Below, in pieces: positions 1 through 9,950 of a DNA stretch of 64,000 nt; positions within the stretch are counted from its first letter, which is position 1, and the number at the start of each line of letters is the position of its first letter. The DNA lies in assembly GCA_009922615.1 (NCBI GenBank), contig RFVF01000013.1, forward strand, positions 3,975-67,974, in the 5' to 3' direction. The notes under the pieces are model-generated. The model had not been told where the DNA came from. It saw only the letters and a program-made list of their open reading frames with translations, and made no database searches. Made by a program: the position numbers and the translations under genes. This stretch comes from Pseudomonadota bacterium. Its GTDB lineage: Bacteria > Verrucomicrobiota > Verrucomicrobiia > Limisphaerales > SXTU01.

Positions 1-1218
1 AGGAGCACCTCGCTCAAGACGCCGAACCTGGAGCGGCTCGCGGCGGCGGGGATGCGGTTCGCCAACGGTTACGCGGCGTCGCCACGCTGCACGCCCTCGC
101 GCGCGGCGCTGTTCACGGGCCGCAGTCCGGCGGCGTTGCACATGACGTTCGTCGGCGACGGTCGGCGCGACGAGGCCGTGCTCGCGCGGGTCATCGCGCC
201 GCACGCGGTGCTGGAGTTGCCGGAGAGCACCACGACCATCGGCGAATTGCTCCAGCGCGCGGGCTACGCGACGGCGCATTTCGGCAAGTGGCATGTGGGC
301 CGCGAGAGTCCGGCGAAGCACGGCTTCAGCGAGAACGACGGCGCGAACAACAATGGCGGGCCAGAAAACGTGGCCAGCCCGAACCCCAAGCAGGCGCTCG
401 CGATTACGGCCAAGGGCATTGACTTCATGACGCGGCAGGCGAAGGCGGGCCGGCCGTTCTTCTTGCAGATGTCGCATTACCCGAATCAGGAGGAGAAAGG
501 CGCGCGTGGCGGCGGCAAACAGCGTCCGCCGGAAGGCAACGCCGACGAGATGGTGGGTATCACGGACCAGACTCTGGGGCAAATCCTCGACGCCATCGAC
601 AAGCTTGGCCTCACGGGCAACACCTATATCCTTTACACCACCGACCACGGCACGCCGGGCCGCAATCTGCCGCTCACCGGCGGCAAGGGCACGGTGTCCG
701 AGGGCGGCTTGCGCGTGCCGTTCATCGTGGCCGGGCCGGGCATCGCGGCGGGTGCGTGCTCGCAAGTGCGCGTGAGCGGGATGGACTTGCTCCCGACGTT
801 CTCGGAGTTGGCCGGTGTCAAAGAGCCGCTGCCGAAAGAAGTCGAGGGCGGAAGCTTCGCGGCAGTGTTGAAGGGCGGCGGCGGCGGCGGCGTGCGCCGC
901 CCGCGCGAGGAGTTCGTCGTTCACTTCCCGCACTACGACAAGGACGCCATCGGCCCCGCATCGGCACTGTATCTCGGCGACTGGAAGCTCGTGCGTATCT
1001 ACGAGACCGGCGAGCGGCGGCTCTTTGATTTGAGCAAGGACCTCACGGAGCGCAACGACTTGGCGAAATCGGAACCGCAGAAAGTCGCCGAGCTGGACCA
1101 GCGCCTCACGAGCTATCTGAAAGCTGTCAGCGCGCAGATGCCGAACGTGAATCCGAGCGCGCCCGTGGGCCAGCGTCCGCCTGAGAAAAAGGGCGGTAAG
1201 GGGAAGGCGAAGCAGTGA
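1..1218 (+). CDS. Sulfatase (formylglycine-dependent arylsulfatase family), 5' end cut by window edge
   Basis: Frame 1 is open from base 1 (RSTSLKTPNLERLAAAGMRF...). It carries the C-x-P-x-R formylglycine motif SPRCTPSRAALFTGR and core motifs GKWHVG and YTTDHGTPG. Stop at 1216-1218. The C-terminus is a Lys/Gly tail, PPEKKGGKGKAKQ. Confidence 0.9.
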   Translation, partial: RSTSLKTPNLERLAAAGMRFANGYAASPRCTPSRAALFTGRSPAALHMTFVGDGRRDEAVLARVIAPHAVLELPESTTTIGELLQRAGYATAHFGKWHVGRESPAKHGFSENDGANNNGGPENVASPNPKQALAITAKGIDFMTRQAKAGRPFFLQMSHYPNQEEKGARGGGKQRPPEGNADEMVGITDQTLGQILDAIDKLGLTGNTYILYTTDHGTPGRNLPLTGGKGTVSEGGLRVPFIVAGPGIAAGACSQVRVSGMDLLPTFSELAGVKEPLPKEVEGGSFAAVLKGGGGGGVRRPREEFVVHFPHYDKDAIGPASALYLGDWKLVRIYETGERRLFDLSKDLTERNDLAKSEPQKVAELDQRLTSYLKAVSAQMPNVNPSAPVGQRPPEKKGGKGKAKQ

Positions 1219-1340
1219 GCGGTCGCCCGCAGCAGGATGGAGTTGGGGAGCGCAGCCGCCCCGGCTGCTGTTCGACGCGCCCTCGCGTCGAACACGAGCG
1301 CTTGAAGTCGAAAGACACCGCCCATTCAATCGCTCGCGCC

Positions 1341-2864
1341 ATGCGGGCCGCGGGGGCGCGGCCCGCTGCGCCCGGGGCGGGCGCGCTCCCCCTTTTGCAG
1401 CTAGCAAATAGAAGCCAACTACCCCAGTTGTGTCGGTTCGCTCTCTTGCTCCTAACAGCGATCGGTGTGCTCACCGCCTTCAGCCAAACTCCGCCACCGA
1501 AGAAGGGCGGCAAGGGCAAGGGCGGCCCGGGCAACGGCGAGGTCAAGATGCCCACGCCCGCGTTTCGCACGGAGGTTCCCGCGCGTTCGCACGATGTCAT
1601 CCTCGGCCGGCCTACGCGGGATTCCGTGAGCGCGAGTGTGCTGGCGTTCCGCGAGTTGGAAGTCTTCATCGAGCACGGCACAGCGGCGGGCACTTATCCG
1701 GACAAGACGGCGACGGTGAAATTGCCACCCGGCGAGCCAAGGGTTTTGGAACTCACCGGCCTCGCGGCGAACACGCGGCACTTCTACCGGCTTCGCCATC
1801 GCAGCGGCGGTGCGGGCGAATTCGCCGCCGACCCGGAGCGCTCGTTCCACACGGCGCGCGCGGCGGGCAGCGCGTTCACCTTCACCGTGCAGGCGGACCC
1901 GCACCTCGACTTCGGCACCGAGCCGGAGGTTTACAAGCAGTCGCTGACGAACGCGCTCGCCGCGCAGCCAGATTTCCACGTGGACCTCGGCGACACGTTC
2001 ATGACGGACAAATACACCGACTTCAAACTGGCTGCTCCGCAGTATCTTGCGCAGCGCTATTACTTCGGCCTCGTCGGACACAGCGCGCCGGTTTTGCTCG
2101 TGCTCGGCAACCACGACGGCGAGACGCTCGGGCGCGGCGGCGACACGACGGTGGCCGTGTGGTCCAACGCGATGCGGAAAAAGTATTTCCCCAACCCCGA
2201 GCCGAACATTTTCTACACCGGCAACGCGACGGTGCACGCGCAGGCCGGGCGGTTGCAGGACTACTACGCGTTTGAGTGGGGCGACGCGCTCTTCATCGCG
2301 CTCGACCAGTTCTGGTTCTCGGCGAAGCCGCGCGGCGGCGACAAAGACGGCGACAACTGGTGGCGCACGCTCGGCGCGGAGCAATACGCGTGGCTGCAGC
2401 GCACGCTGGAAACCAGCCGGGCGAAGTTCACCTTCGTCTTCACGCACCACCTCGTCGGCGGCGCGACGCCCGAGGGCCGTGGCGGCGCGGAGGCCTCGCG
2501 TTTCTTCGAGTGGGGCGGCCATGAGTTGGACGGACGGAATACCTTCGCGCAGAAGCGCCCCGGCTGGCCCGCGCCGATTCACGATCTGCTCGCGAAACGC
2601 GGCGGCTGCATCGTCTTCCACGGCCATGACCACCTCTACGTCCGCGCCGAGCGCGACGGCGTGGTTTATCAGGAAGTTCCCCAGCCCGGCCACGGTCGCG
2701 GCACCACGCGCAGCGCGGAGGAATACGGCTACAAGAGTGGGGTGGTTCTTCCCAGTTCGGGCATCATCCGAGTGGGAGTTTCGGAGACCAAGGTCGAGGT
2801 GGACTATGTCAATGCTGACACGGTCGGCAGCGTGGCGCATCGCCACACAATTCTGCCGCGCTGA
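1341..2864 (+). CDS. Secreted calcineurin-like metallophosphoesterase (PhoD / purple-acid-phosphatase-like)
   Basis: Metallophosphoesterase motifs DLGDTF, LGNHDGE, FTHH and HGHDHLY. A signal-peptide-like segment CRFALLLLTAIGVLTAFSQ is present. The start is uncertain: ATG 1341, TTG 1428 (gives a cleaner signal peptide), or GTG 1215 (GTGA overlap with the sulfatase stop). Confidence 0.8.
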   Translation: MRAAGARPAAPGAGALPLLQLANRSQLPQLCRFALLLLTAIGVLTAFSQTPPPKKGGKGKGGPGNGEVKMPTPAFRTEVPARSHDVILGRPTRDSVSASVLAFRELEVFIEHGTAAGTYPDKTATVKLPPGEPRVLELTGLAANTRHFYRLRHRSGGAGEFAADPERSFHTARAAGSAFTFTVQADPHLDFGTEPEVYKQSLTNALAAQPDFHVDLGDTFMTDKYTDFKLAAPQYLAQRYYFGLVGHSAPVLLVLGNHDGETLGRGGDTTVAVWSNAMRKKYFPNPEPNIFYTGNATVHAQAGRLQDYYAFEWGDALFIALDQFWFSAKPRGGDKDGDNWWRTLGAEQYAWLQRTLETSRAKFTFVFTHHLVGGATPEGRGGAEASRFFEWGGHELDGRNTFAQKRPGWPAPIHDLLAKRGGCIVFHGHDHLYVRAERDGVVYQEVPQPGHGRGTTRSAEEYGYKSGVVLPSSGIIRVGVSETKVEVDYVNADTVGSVAHRHTILPR

Positions 2865-2917
2865 CAGGCGCGCCGTCTTTACATCGTTCGCAAGTGCCGC
2901 CACACTCCGCACCCAAC

Positions 2918-3304
2918 ATGAGCACACAAGTTCCCGCTGATTTAAAGTATGCCAAGAGCCACGAGTGGTTGCGCGTCGCTGGCGATGTCGGGACCGTGGG
3001 CATCACCGACCACGCGCAGCATGAGTTGACGGACATCGTGTTCGTCGAGTTGCCCGCCGTCGGACGCAAGGTGAAAGCCGGCGAAGCGTGCGCGGTCGTG
3101 GAGTCCGTGAAGACGGCGAGCGATATTTATGCGCCCGTCAGCGGTGAGGTGATTGAGGTCAACAAGCCGGCAGCGGATGATCCGTCACTGGTGAACAGTG
3201 CGCCGTTTGCGGGCGGATGGTTCTTCAAGCTGAAGCTGGCGAATCCGGCCGAAGCGGGAGCGTTGCTGACGCCGGAGGCATACAAGGCGCAGATAGGCGG
3301 GTAG
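2918..3304 (+). CDS. gcvH: Glycine cleavage system protein H
   Basis: MSTQVPADLKYAKSHEWLRV...GITDHAQ and the lipoyl-lysine motif VESVKTASD. Length of about 128 aa is typical for GcvH. Confidence 0.93.
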   Translation: MSTQVPADLKYAKSHEWLRVAGDVGTVGITDHAQHELTDIVFVELPAVGRKVKAGEACAVVESVKTASDIYAPVSGEVIEVNKPAADDPSLVNSAPFAGGWFFKLKLANPAEAGALLTPEAYKAQIGG

Positions 3305-3427
3305 GGCACACTCAAAGTGGCGCATGGGTTGCCGGCCGAATCTGCCGGGGCGCCCCCGTCCGTCAATGCGCAGGACATTCGTCTTGCCCAGCACCCAAGC
3401 GAACCCAACATTCGCCATGTTCGCGCC

Positions 3428-4852
3428 ATGAACGACTTCCTCGAACAGCACTTCCGGCTCCGCGAGAACCAGACTTCCGTGCGCACGGAAATGATCGCCG
3501 GTCTGACGACGTTCCTGACGATGGCCTACATCATCTTCGTGCAGCCGGCGGTGCTGTCGGGGGCGATGTTCGGGATGAAGACGGGCATGGATTTCGGCGC
3601 GTTGACCACGGCCACATGCCTCGCCGCCGCGCTGGCCAGTGCGATCATGGGACTTTACGCGCGCTATCCCATCGCGCAGGCACCGGGGATGGGGGAGAAC
3701 TTCTTCTTCGTGTTCGGCGCGATTCCGGCGGCGACGGCGGCGGGCTTCGCGAACGGCTGGCAGGTTGCGCTCGGCGTGGTGTTCGTGTCCGGAGCGCTGT
3801 TCCTCGCGCTATCGCTCTTCCGCGTGCGCGAGACGGTGCTCAACGCGCTCAGTCCGAGCCTCAAGAACGGCATTGCCGTGGGCATCGGCCTCTTTATCGC
3901 GTTTATCGGCCTGCAAAACGCCGGCCTCATCATCAAGAGCCCCGCGACCGGCGTGACGCTGAACCATCACTTCGGCTCGCCGGACTTGCTCATCTTCTTT
4001 GCGGGGCTCTTCATCGCCGTGAGCCTGCACGCGCGCAAGGTGCGCGGGGCCATTCTTTGGGGCATCGCTGGCGCGACGCTGTTGGCCGTGGTTTTCAAGC
4101 TCGCCCTGCCGCACCTGCCTGAGGGCCTCGCCGCGTCGAAGGACATCACGGAGTCCGCACTGGTGAAGCGCTTCGCCCTGGCGGACCGTATCGTCGCCGC
4201 CCCACCGTCCCTCGCGCCGACATTTCTGCAAATGGACCTGCACGGCGCGTGTTCGCTGGCGATGCTGCCGTTCGTCATCGTGTTCCTGTTCATGGTGCTC
4301 TTCGACACGGTGGGCACACTTGTGGGGGTGGGCGAGCAGGCCGGCTTCATCAAGGACAACCAACTGCCGCGCGCGAAGGAAGCCTTCGTGGCCGACGCGC
4401 TGGGCACGACCGCGGGCGCGTGCCTCGGCACGAGCACCGTAACGAGCTACATCGAAAGCGCGACCGGTGTGGAAGCCGGCGGACGCACCGGGCTGACGAG
4501 CCTCACGACGGCGGCGCTGTTCCTGCTCGCGCTGTTTTTCAGTCCCGTCATCGCGATGGTCGGTGGCTACGCGCCTTTGACCGCGCCCGCATTGGTGCTG
4601 GTGGGCGCGATGATGCTGCGCAACGTCAGCAAGATTGACTGGGACGACCCCACCGAGTCGGTGCCGGCGTTCCTCACGCTGCTGGGAATTCCGCTGGCTT
4701 ACTCCATCGCCGACGGCCTGGCACTGGGCTTTATCAGCTACTCCGTCATCAAGCTGCTCACCGGCCGGGGCCGGAGCGTGCATTGGGTGCTGCACGGGCT
4801 CGCAATGCTGCTGGTGCTCTACTTCGTGCTCGTGCGCGCGCGGCTGGGTTAA
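3428..4852 (+). CDS. NCS2-family nucleobase permease (AzgA-like adenine/guanine/hypoxanthine permease)
   Basis: N-terminus MNDFLEQHFRLRENQTSVRTEMIAGLTTFLTMAYIIFVQP is characteristic of the AzgA subfamily. About 12 hydrophobic segments are visible. Confidence 0.88.
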   Translation: MNDFLEQHFRLRENQTSVRTEMIAGLTTFLTMAYIIFVQPAVLSGAMFGMKTGMDFGALTTATCLAAALASAIMGLYARYPIAQAPGMGENFFFVFGAIPAATAAGFANGWQVALGVVFVSGALFLALSLFRVRETVLNALSPSLKNGIAVGIGLFIAFIGLQNAGLIIKSPATGVTLNHHFGSPDLLIFFAGLFIAVSLHARKVRGAILWGIAGATLLAVVFKLALPHLPEGLAASKDITESALVKRFALADRIVAAPPSLAPTFLQMDLHGACSLAMLPFVIVFLFMVLFDTVGTLVGVGEQAGFIKDNQLPRAKEAFVADALGTTAGACLGTSTVTSYIESATGVEAGGRTGLTSLTTAALFLLALFFSPVIAMVGGYAPLTAPALVLVGAMMLRNVSKIDWDDPTESVPAFLTLLGIPLAYSIADGLALGFISYSVIKLLTGRGRSVHWVLHGLAMLLVLYFVLVRARLG

Positions 4853-4878
4853 GTCCGAAAGGCGGTTTTCCGCTAACC

Positions 4879-5535
4879 TTACGCCGAAACGATGTTGTTC
4901 CGCACCGCGTAGCGCACCAGTTCCCCGACGGAGTGGAAGCGCAGCTTGCGCATGATGTTCGTGCGGTGGGTTTCGACGGTCTTGACGCTGATGTTCAGGG
5001 CGCTGGCGGCTTCCTTGTTGCTCTTGCCCTCGGCAAGAAGTTGCACGATTTCCTTCTCGCGCGGTGTGAGGCGGCTGCCAATGTCCTCGGCCTCGATCCC
5101 TTGCGCTCCTTCTTTGAGCGTGCTGTCGGAAACCATCTGCGAGATGCGTGAGGTGAAGTAACTTTTGTGCGCACTGACGGCCTTTACGGCGGCGACGAGC
5201 TCGCGGCCGGCGTCGGATTTGAGGATGTAGCCGCGCGCGCCGACCTTGAGCACGTCGGCGGCGATCTGCTCGGACTCATGCACGGTGAGGATGAGAATCT
5301 CCGTGTGGGGCAGGAGTTTTTTAATCTGACGGGCGGCTTCGAGGCCGTTCAATTCCGGCATGGTCACATCCATCACGCAGACATCGGGCGTGGTGGCCTT
5401 GGCCTTCTCGACGGCGGATCGGCCGGTGCCGGCCTCCGCCACGACCTGCCAGCCGACCTGGTCCTCGATGAGTGCCTTCATGCCCGCGCGGACGATGTCG
5501 TGATCGTCAGCGATCAATAGTTTGAGTGTGCTCAT
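4879..5535 (-). CDS. Response regulator, NarL/LuxR family
   Basis: Receiver domain LKLLIADDHDIVRAGMKALI plus C-terminal LuxR HTH LTPREKEIVQLLAEGKSNKEAASALNISVKTVETHRTNIMRKL. Its ATG overlaps the upstream kinase stop (ATGA). Confidence 0.92.
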   Translation of the reverse strand: MSTLKLLIADDHDIVRAGMKALIEDQVGWQVVAEAGTGRSAVEKAKATTPDVCVMDVTMPELNGLEAARQIKKLLPHTEILILTVHESEQIAADVLKVGARGYILKSDAGRELVAAVKAVSAHKSYFTSRISQMVSDSTLKEGAQGIEAEDIGSRLTPREKEIVQLLAEGKSNKEAASALNISVKTVETHRTNIMRKLRFHSVGELVRYAVRNNIVSA

Positions 5536-6743
5536 GAGTGTTCCTCCGGGAGGGGCACCACGACCATCACGGTGGTGCCCCGGCTGTTTGAGTTGATTTC
5601 CAATGCTCCGCCAAATTGCCGAACGCGCTCCCACACGCCCGCCACGCCGACACCCAGCGCGGAGACGTTGCCATGCACTTTTTCCAGTTTCTCCGGCGGA
5701 ATGCCGGTGCCTTCATCGCGCACTTCGAGGACGATTTCACCGGGCTGACGCGTGACTTTGATGAAGGCCGTCTTGCTTCCGGAATGCCGCGCTACGTTGG
5801 TCAGAGTCTCTTGCACGATGCGGAAGATGGTGACCTCGATGTCGGCGGGCAGGCGCTCGAACTCGACCGGTGCATCCACCTCAGTCTTGATGCCGCTGCG
5901 TTGCGTGAAGCCGTTGGCCAGCCAGCCAATGGCGGAGAGCAGGCCGGCTTCCTCGAGTAATGGCGGGTGGAGCAGATAGGAAATGGTGCGGATCTCGCGC
6001 GATGTCTGCTCCGCCATCGCCGCCGTGTCGGCGACTAGATTGCGCACCTTGAGGGGCGCATCGGGCACGAGGTTTTCGATGCGCGAGAGGTTGACGGCAA
6101 TGGCGGCGAGTGTCTGGCCGGAGTTGTCATGCAGCTCGCGCGCGATGCGGCGCCGTTCCTGATCCTGCGCCTGCATCAGGTGTCCGGAAAGTTGGCGGAG
6201 CATTTCCTCCTTTTCCTTGCGGTCGGCGATTTCGGATTGGAGCGAGCTGTTGGCCTTGGTGAGTTCGTCGGTGCGCGCTCGCACACGGCGTTCCATGTCG
6301 GAGAAGGCACGCTCCAAAGTTCTTTCACGCCGCGAACGCTGGAGCGACAGCGACGCCGCAAGCCAGACCATCGCGATGGAAAGGACGCGGTTGGCCATCT
6401 CTGTCTCGTGCGAACCGGCGAGCGGCCCACGCATGAATCCCGCAACCGACAGCCCCGTTGCGGCGTAGGCCAGCAGCAGCGCGTGCTGCGTGTTCTGTGA
6501 CCACAAGGCCAGTAGCACCGGGGCCACGTAAAATGAAGCGATGGGGAAGCCGGCGTGCTGGCCCAAGTCGAGCAAGGCGATGACCGCCAGGCACCCGCCC
6601 GCCGTCGCCATCTGCCAATGCCCCGCGAGCCATTGCACAGCCGGGGATGCCGGCACGGAGCCTGCCGGCACCACGTGCCGATGGCCGGGTGCCGCCAGCC
6701 GATTGGGACTGGCGGGAGGGGCGGACGCGGCGGGCGAATTCAT
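5532..6743 (-). CDS. Sensor histidine kinase (HisKA_3 / NarX-LiaS type) with membrane N-terminus
   Basis: H-box RRRIARELHDNSGQTLAAI, HATPase region TLTNVARHSG...EVRDEGTGIP...GVGVAGVWERV, and several N-terminal hydrophobic helices. Translationally coupled to the regulator at 4879-5535. Confidence 0.9.
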   Translation of the reverse strand: MNSPAASAPPASPNRLAAPGHRHVVPAGSVPASPAVQWLAGHWQMATAGGCLAVIALLDLGQHAGFPIASFYVAPVLLALWSQNTQHALLLAYAATGLSVAGFMRGPLAGSHETEMANRVLSIAMVWLAASLSLQRSRRERTLERAFSDMERRVRARTDELTKANSSLQSEIADRKEKEEMLRQLSGHLMQAQDQERRRIARELHDNSGQTLAAIAVNLSRIENLVPDAPLKVRNLVADTAAMAEQTSREIRTISYLLHPPLLEEAGLLSAIGWLANGFTQRSGIKTEVDAPVEFERLPADIEVTIFRIVQETLTNVARHSGSKTAFIKVTRQPGEIVLEVRDEGTGIPPEKLEKVHGNVSALGVGVAGVWERVRQFGGALEINSNSRGTTVMVVVPLPEEHS

Positions 6744-6880
6744 GGCTGCTGACGGGGCAAGTTAGTTTCCACCCCGCTGCGAAGCAAGCCCGGCACTGTA
6801 GGGTGATTTGCGGAGTGACGGCTCGCGCCGGATGGCAGCGAGGATTCGACACGGTCAAGCCGGTTGGCTATCAAGAGGTG

Positions 6881-8452
6881 ATGAAGTTCACCTGGATCGT
6901 CGGCCTGTGGCTCGGGCTGATCAATGCGCCGGTCTTGGCGCAGGAGTTCGATTTGTTGCTGCGCGGCGGACGCGTGGCCGATGGCACGGGCAACCCCGCC
7001 GTCTTCGCCGACGTGGCGGTCAAGGGCGGGCGCATCGCTGCCGTTGGACGCGTGACCGGCACGGCAAAGCGCACCTTGGACGTGAAGGGCCTCGTCGTCG
7101 CGCCGGGCTTCGTGGACACGCACACGCACGCCGAAGGCATCGAGGATCAACCCCTCGCCGAGAACTTCCTGCGCATGGGCGTCACCACGCTCGTGCTTGG
7201 CAACTGCGGCGGCTCTCGGCTGAACCTCGCCGAGTATTTCAAGGAGCTTGAGGCAACGAACATTTCTCCCAACGTCTGCTCGCTCATCGGTCACAACACC
7301 GTGCGTCGGCAGGCGATGGGTGGCTCGGTCCTTCGCCCCCCGACGGACGCGGAGTTGGCGAAGATGAAAGGCTACGTCGAGCAGGCGATGAAGGACGGCG
7401 CGGTCGGGTTAGCAACCGGCCTCATCTACCTGCCTGGCACGTTTGCGAAGACGGAGGAGATCATGGAACTGGCCAAGGTCGCCGGTGCGCACGGCGGCAT
7501 TTACGCCAGCCACATGCGCAGCGAGGGTGAAGGCATCTACAAGGCGCTCGATGAACTCTTCCGCATCGCCCGCGAAGGCGGCACGCGCGGCCACATCTCG
7601 CACATCAAGCTCACCGGCAAGAACGTTTGGGGCCAGACGGCGAAGGTCATCGCCGCCATTGAGGGAGCGCGCGCCAGCGGCCTCGATATCACGCAGGATC
7701 AGTATGTTTATCCCGCATCCAGCACCGGCCTCTCGCAGCTCATTCCTGACGCCGCGCGCGAGGGCGGAGCGGACAAATTTCGCGAGCGCGTCAACGATCC
7801 GACGCAGAAGGCCGACATCGTGAAGCACATGAAAGAAACCCTTCGCAAGCAGGGCCGCGACGACTTCGCCTACGCCGTCATCGCGAACTACACGAAGGAC
7901 AAATCACTCAACGGACTGAACATCGTCGAGGCCGCGAAGAAGAAGCGCGGCAACGATTCGCTCGACGAGCAGGTGGAATTGCTGCTGGAGATTGAAAAGA
8001 GCGGCGGTGCCTCGGCTGTATTTCACGGCATGAGCGAGGAGGATCTTCGCGAGTTCGCGAAGCACCCGAACACGATGTTTGCCTCCGATAGCGGCGTGCG
8101 GAAGTTCGGCGAGGGCGTGCCGCATCCGCGCGGCTACGGCAACAACGCCCGCGTGCTTGGCGAGTATGTGCGCGAGTTGAAGCTGCTCCGTATCGAGGAC
8201 GCCATCCGTCGCATGACTTCGCTGCCAGCCACGACCTTCCAGCTCAAAGACCGCGGCGTCCTCCGCGAAGGCGCGTGGGCCGACTTGGTCGTGTTCGATC
8301 CCGCGAAGGTCATGGACACGGCGACCTTCAAGGATCCGCACCAATACGCCATCGGCTTCAAGCTCGTCGCCGTCAACGGGGTTGTGGTGGTTGAGGACGA
8401 TCGCCATTTGGGGACACGGCCGGGCAAGGTGCTTCGTCTGAATCAGCCTTGA
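6881..8452 (+). CDS. N-acyl-D-amino-acid deacylase (D-aminoacylase) family amidohydrolase, secreted
   Basis: Signal peptide MKFTWIVGLWLGLINAPVLAQ. DLLLRGGRVADGTGNP...VVAPGFVDTHTHAEG metal-binding motif. C-terminal GAWADLVVFDP...VAVNGVVVVEDD is typical of the Amidohydro_3 fold. Confidence 0.85.
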   Translation: MKFTWIVGLWLGLINAPVLAQEFDLLLRGGRVADGTGNPAVFADVAVKGGRIAAVGRVTGTAKRTLDVKGLVVAPGFVDTHTHAEGIEDQPLAENFLRMGVTTLVLGNCGGSRLNLAEYFKELEATNISPNVCSLIGHNTVRRQAMGGSVLRPPTDAELAKMKGYVEQAMKDGAVGLATGLIYLPGTFAKTEEIMELAKVAGAHGGIYASHMRSEGEGIYKALDELFRIAREGGTRGHISHIKLTGKNVWGQTAKVIAAIEGARASGLDITQDQYVYPASSTGLSQLIPDAAREGGADKFRERVNDPTQKADIVKHMKETLRKQGRDDFAYAVIANYTKDKSLNGLNIVEAAKKKRGNDSLDEQVELLLEIEKSGGASAVFHGMSEEDLREFAKHPNTMFASDSGVRKFGEGVPHPRGYGNNARVLGEYVRELKLLRIEDAIRRMTSLPATTFQLKDRGVLREGAWADLVVFDPAKVMDTATFKDPHQYAIGFKLVAVNGVVVVEDDRHLGTRPGKVLRLNQP

Positions 8453-8461
8453 GTTGCATTC

Positions 8462-8509
8462 CCCGCTGGCGTGAAGCGGGATCTTTCGCAACGGCGAATC
8501 CTTCGTTGC
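8462..8509. terminator. Two small hairpins between convergent genes (putative terminators)
   Basis: CCCGCT-GGCGTGA-AGCGGG (8462-8480), followed by ATCTTTC. GCAACG-10 nt-CGTTGC (8488-8509). They lie between the stops at 8452 (+) and 8535 (-). Confidence 0.35.
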
Positions 8510-8534
8510 GCAGAAATGCGCCGCCTCCCTTGCC

Positions 8535-9950
8535 TTAACTTAACAGCCCCCGCACCACCTCGCCGCTTACGTCGGTGAGCCGGTAATCACGGCCGGTGTT
8601 GCGATAAGTGAGCCGCTCGTGGTCCAGGCCGAGCTGGTGGAGAATCGTCGCGTGCAGGTCGGGGACGGAGACGGGTTTCTCCACGGCGGCGTAGCCGAAC
8701 TGGTCAGTCGCCCCGTAAGTCATGCCGCCCTTGATGCCGCCGCCGGCCATCCACATCGTGAAGCCTTTCGGATGATGGTCGCGGCCCTTGCCGTTCTCGG
8801 CGACAGGCGACCGGCCAAACTCGCCGCCCCACACCACGAGCGTTGTGTCGAGCAGGCCGGTGACTTTCAAGTCGTGCAACAGCGCCGCAATGGGCTGGTC
8901 GGTCTCGGCGCAGTGGAGGTCGTGGTTCTTCCGCAAGTCATCGTGCGCGTCCCAAGCCTTTGGCCCCTCGTTGCCGCCACTGTAGAGCTGCACGAAGCGC
9001 ACACCGCGTTCGACGAGCCGCCGCGCCAGCAGGCAGTTGCGGCCGAAGTGCTGCGTGACTGGTCGGTCCATGCCGTAGAGCTTTCGCACGGACTCCGGTT
9101 CGCGCGTCACGTCCACGCATTCCGCTGCGCTGACCTGCATGCGGAAGGCCAGCTCGTAGCTCGCGATGCGCGCGGCGAGACTGGACTCGGCGGGATTGGC
9201 GGCAGCGTATTCTTCGTTCCATTGCCGCAGCAAGTCGAGCCGAGCGCGTTGCTGGCTGGCGGAAACATTTTTCGGCGGCGTGAGATAGGCGATGGGGTCG
9301 CCGCTGGAGCGGAACGGCACCCCTTGAAACGCGGCGGGCATGAAGCCGTTGGACCAGTTCAATGCCCCGTTCACTGGCGCGCCTTGATGGTCCATCAGCA
9401 CGACGAACGCAGGGAGGTTCTCGCTCTCGGATCCGAGGCCGTAGGTCACCCACGAGCCCATGCTGGGTCGCCCCGCCTGGATGAAACCGCTGTTCATCTG
9501 AAAGAGCGCCGGGCCGTGGTTGTTGCTCTCCGCGTGCAGCGAGCGGATGACGCACAGCTCGTCCGCGTGCCGTGCGAGGAACGGATACGGCTCCGCGATG
9601 TCGATGCCCGCGCGCCCGTGCTTCGCGAACTGGTAGTAGCTCTTCATCGCCACGTTCTGCGTCTTGCGGCCCATGAACGCGTCTTCGGGCTTCCACACGG
9701 GGATGGCCTGGCCGTGCCACTTCTCCAGCTCGGGCTTCGGGTCGAACAAGTCCACGTGGCTCGGCCCGCCATACATGAAGAGGAAAATCACCGCCTTGGC
9801 GCGGGGCGCGAAGTGCGGGGCGCGCGCGGCCAGCGGGTTTGCGGAAGGCGTCCCCGCCAGTGCGCCCTCCGCGTGCAGCAGCGAGTTGAGCGCCAGCGCG
9901 CCGAAGCCGCCGCCGCTCAACTGAAGCATCTGCCGGCGCGAAAGGTTCAT
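8535..9950 (-). CDS. DUF1501 domain protein (sulfatase-fold, Tat signal), PVC-typical
   Basis: Starts MNLSRRQMLQLSGGGFGALALNSLLHAEG (twin-arginine signal). The 471 aa length is typical. Conserved DUF1501-like blocks WDAHDD and GGEFGRSP are present. ATGA overlap with the stop of the upstream DUF1553 reading frame. Confidence 0.85.
   Translation of the reverse strand: MNLSRRQMLQLSGGGFGALALNSLLHAEGALAGTPSANPLAARAPHFAPRAKAVIFLFMYGGPSHVDLFDPKPELEKWHGQAIPVWKPEDAFMGRKTQNVAMKSYYQFAKHGRAGIDIAEPYPFLARHADELCVIRSLHAESNNHGPALFQMNSGFIQAGRPSMGSWVTYGLGSESENLPAFVVLMDHQGAPVNGALNWSNGFMPAAFQGVPFRSSGDPIAYLTPPKNVSASQQRARLDLLRQWNEEYAAANPAESSLAARIASYELAFRMQVSAAECVDVTREPESVRKLYGMDRPVTQHFGRNCLLARRLVERGVRFVQLYSGGNEGPKAWDAHDDLRKNHDLHCAETDQPIAALLHDLKVTGLLDTTLVVWGGEFGRSPVAENGKGRDHHPKGFTMWMAGGGIKGGMTYGATDQFGYAAVEKPVSVPDLHATILHQLGLDHERLTYRNTGRDYRLTDVSGEVVRGLLS

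Noticed and set aside
3305-3427. A possible purine riboswitch ahead of the NCS2 nucleobase permease, and a glycine riboswitch ahead of gcvH (2865-2917).
   Set aside because: The three-way-junction consensus of purine riboswitches is not present in the 123-nt leader. The gcvH leader is only ~50 nt, too short for a glycine riboswitch.
6825-6865. GGATTCGACACGG resembles the 5' region of tmRNA (GGATTCGACGGG).
   Set aside because: No tRNA-like acceptor or T-arm partner, tag reading frame or 3' CCA-proximal pairing is present. The D-aminoacylase gene starts only ~30 nt downstream, leaving no room for a ~350-nt tmRNA.
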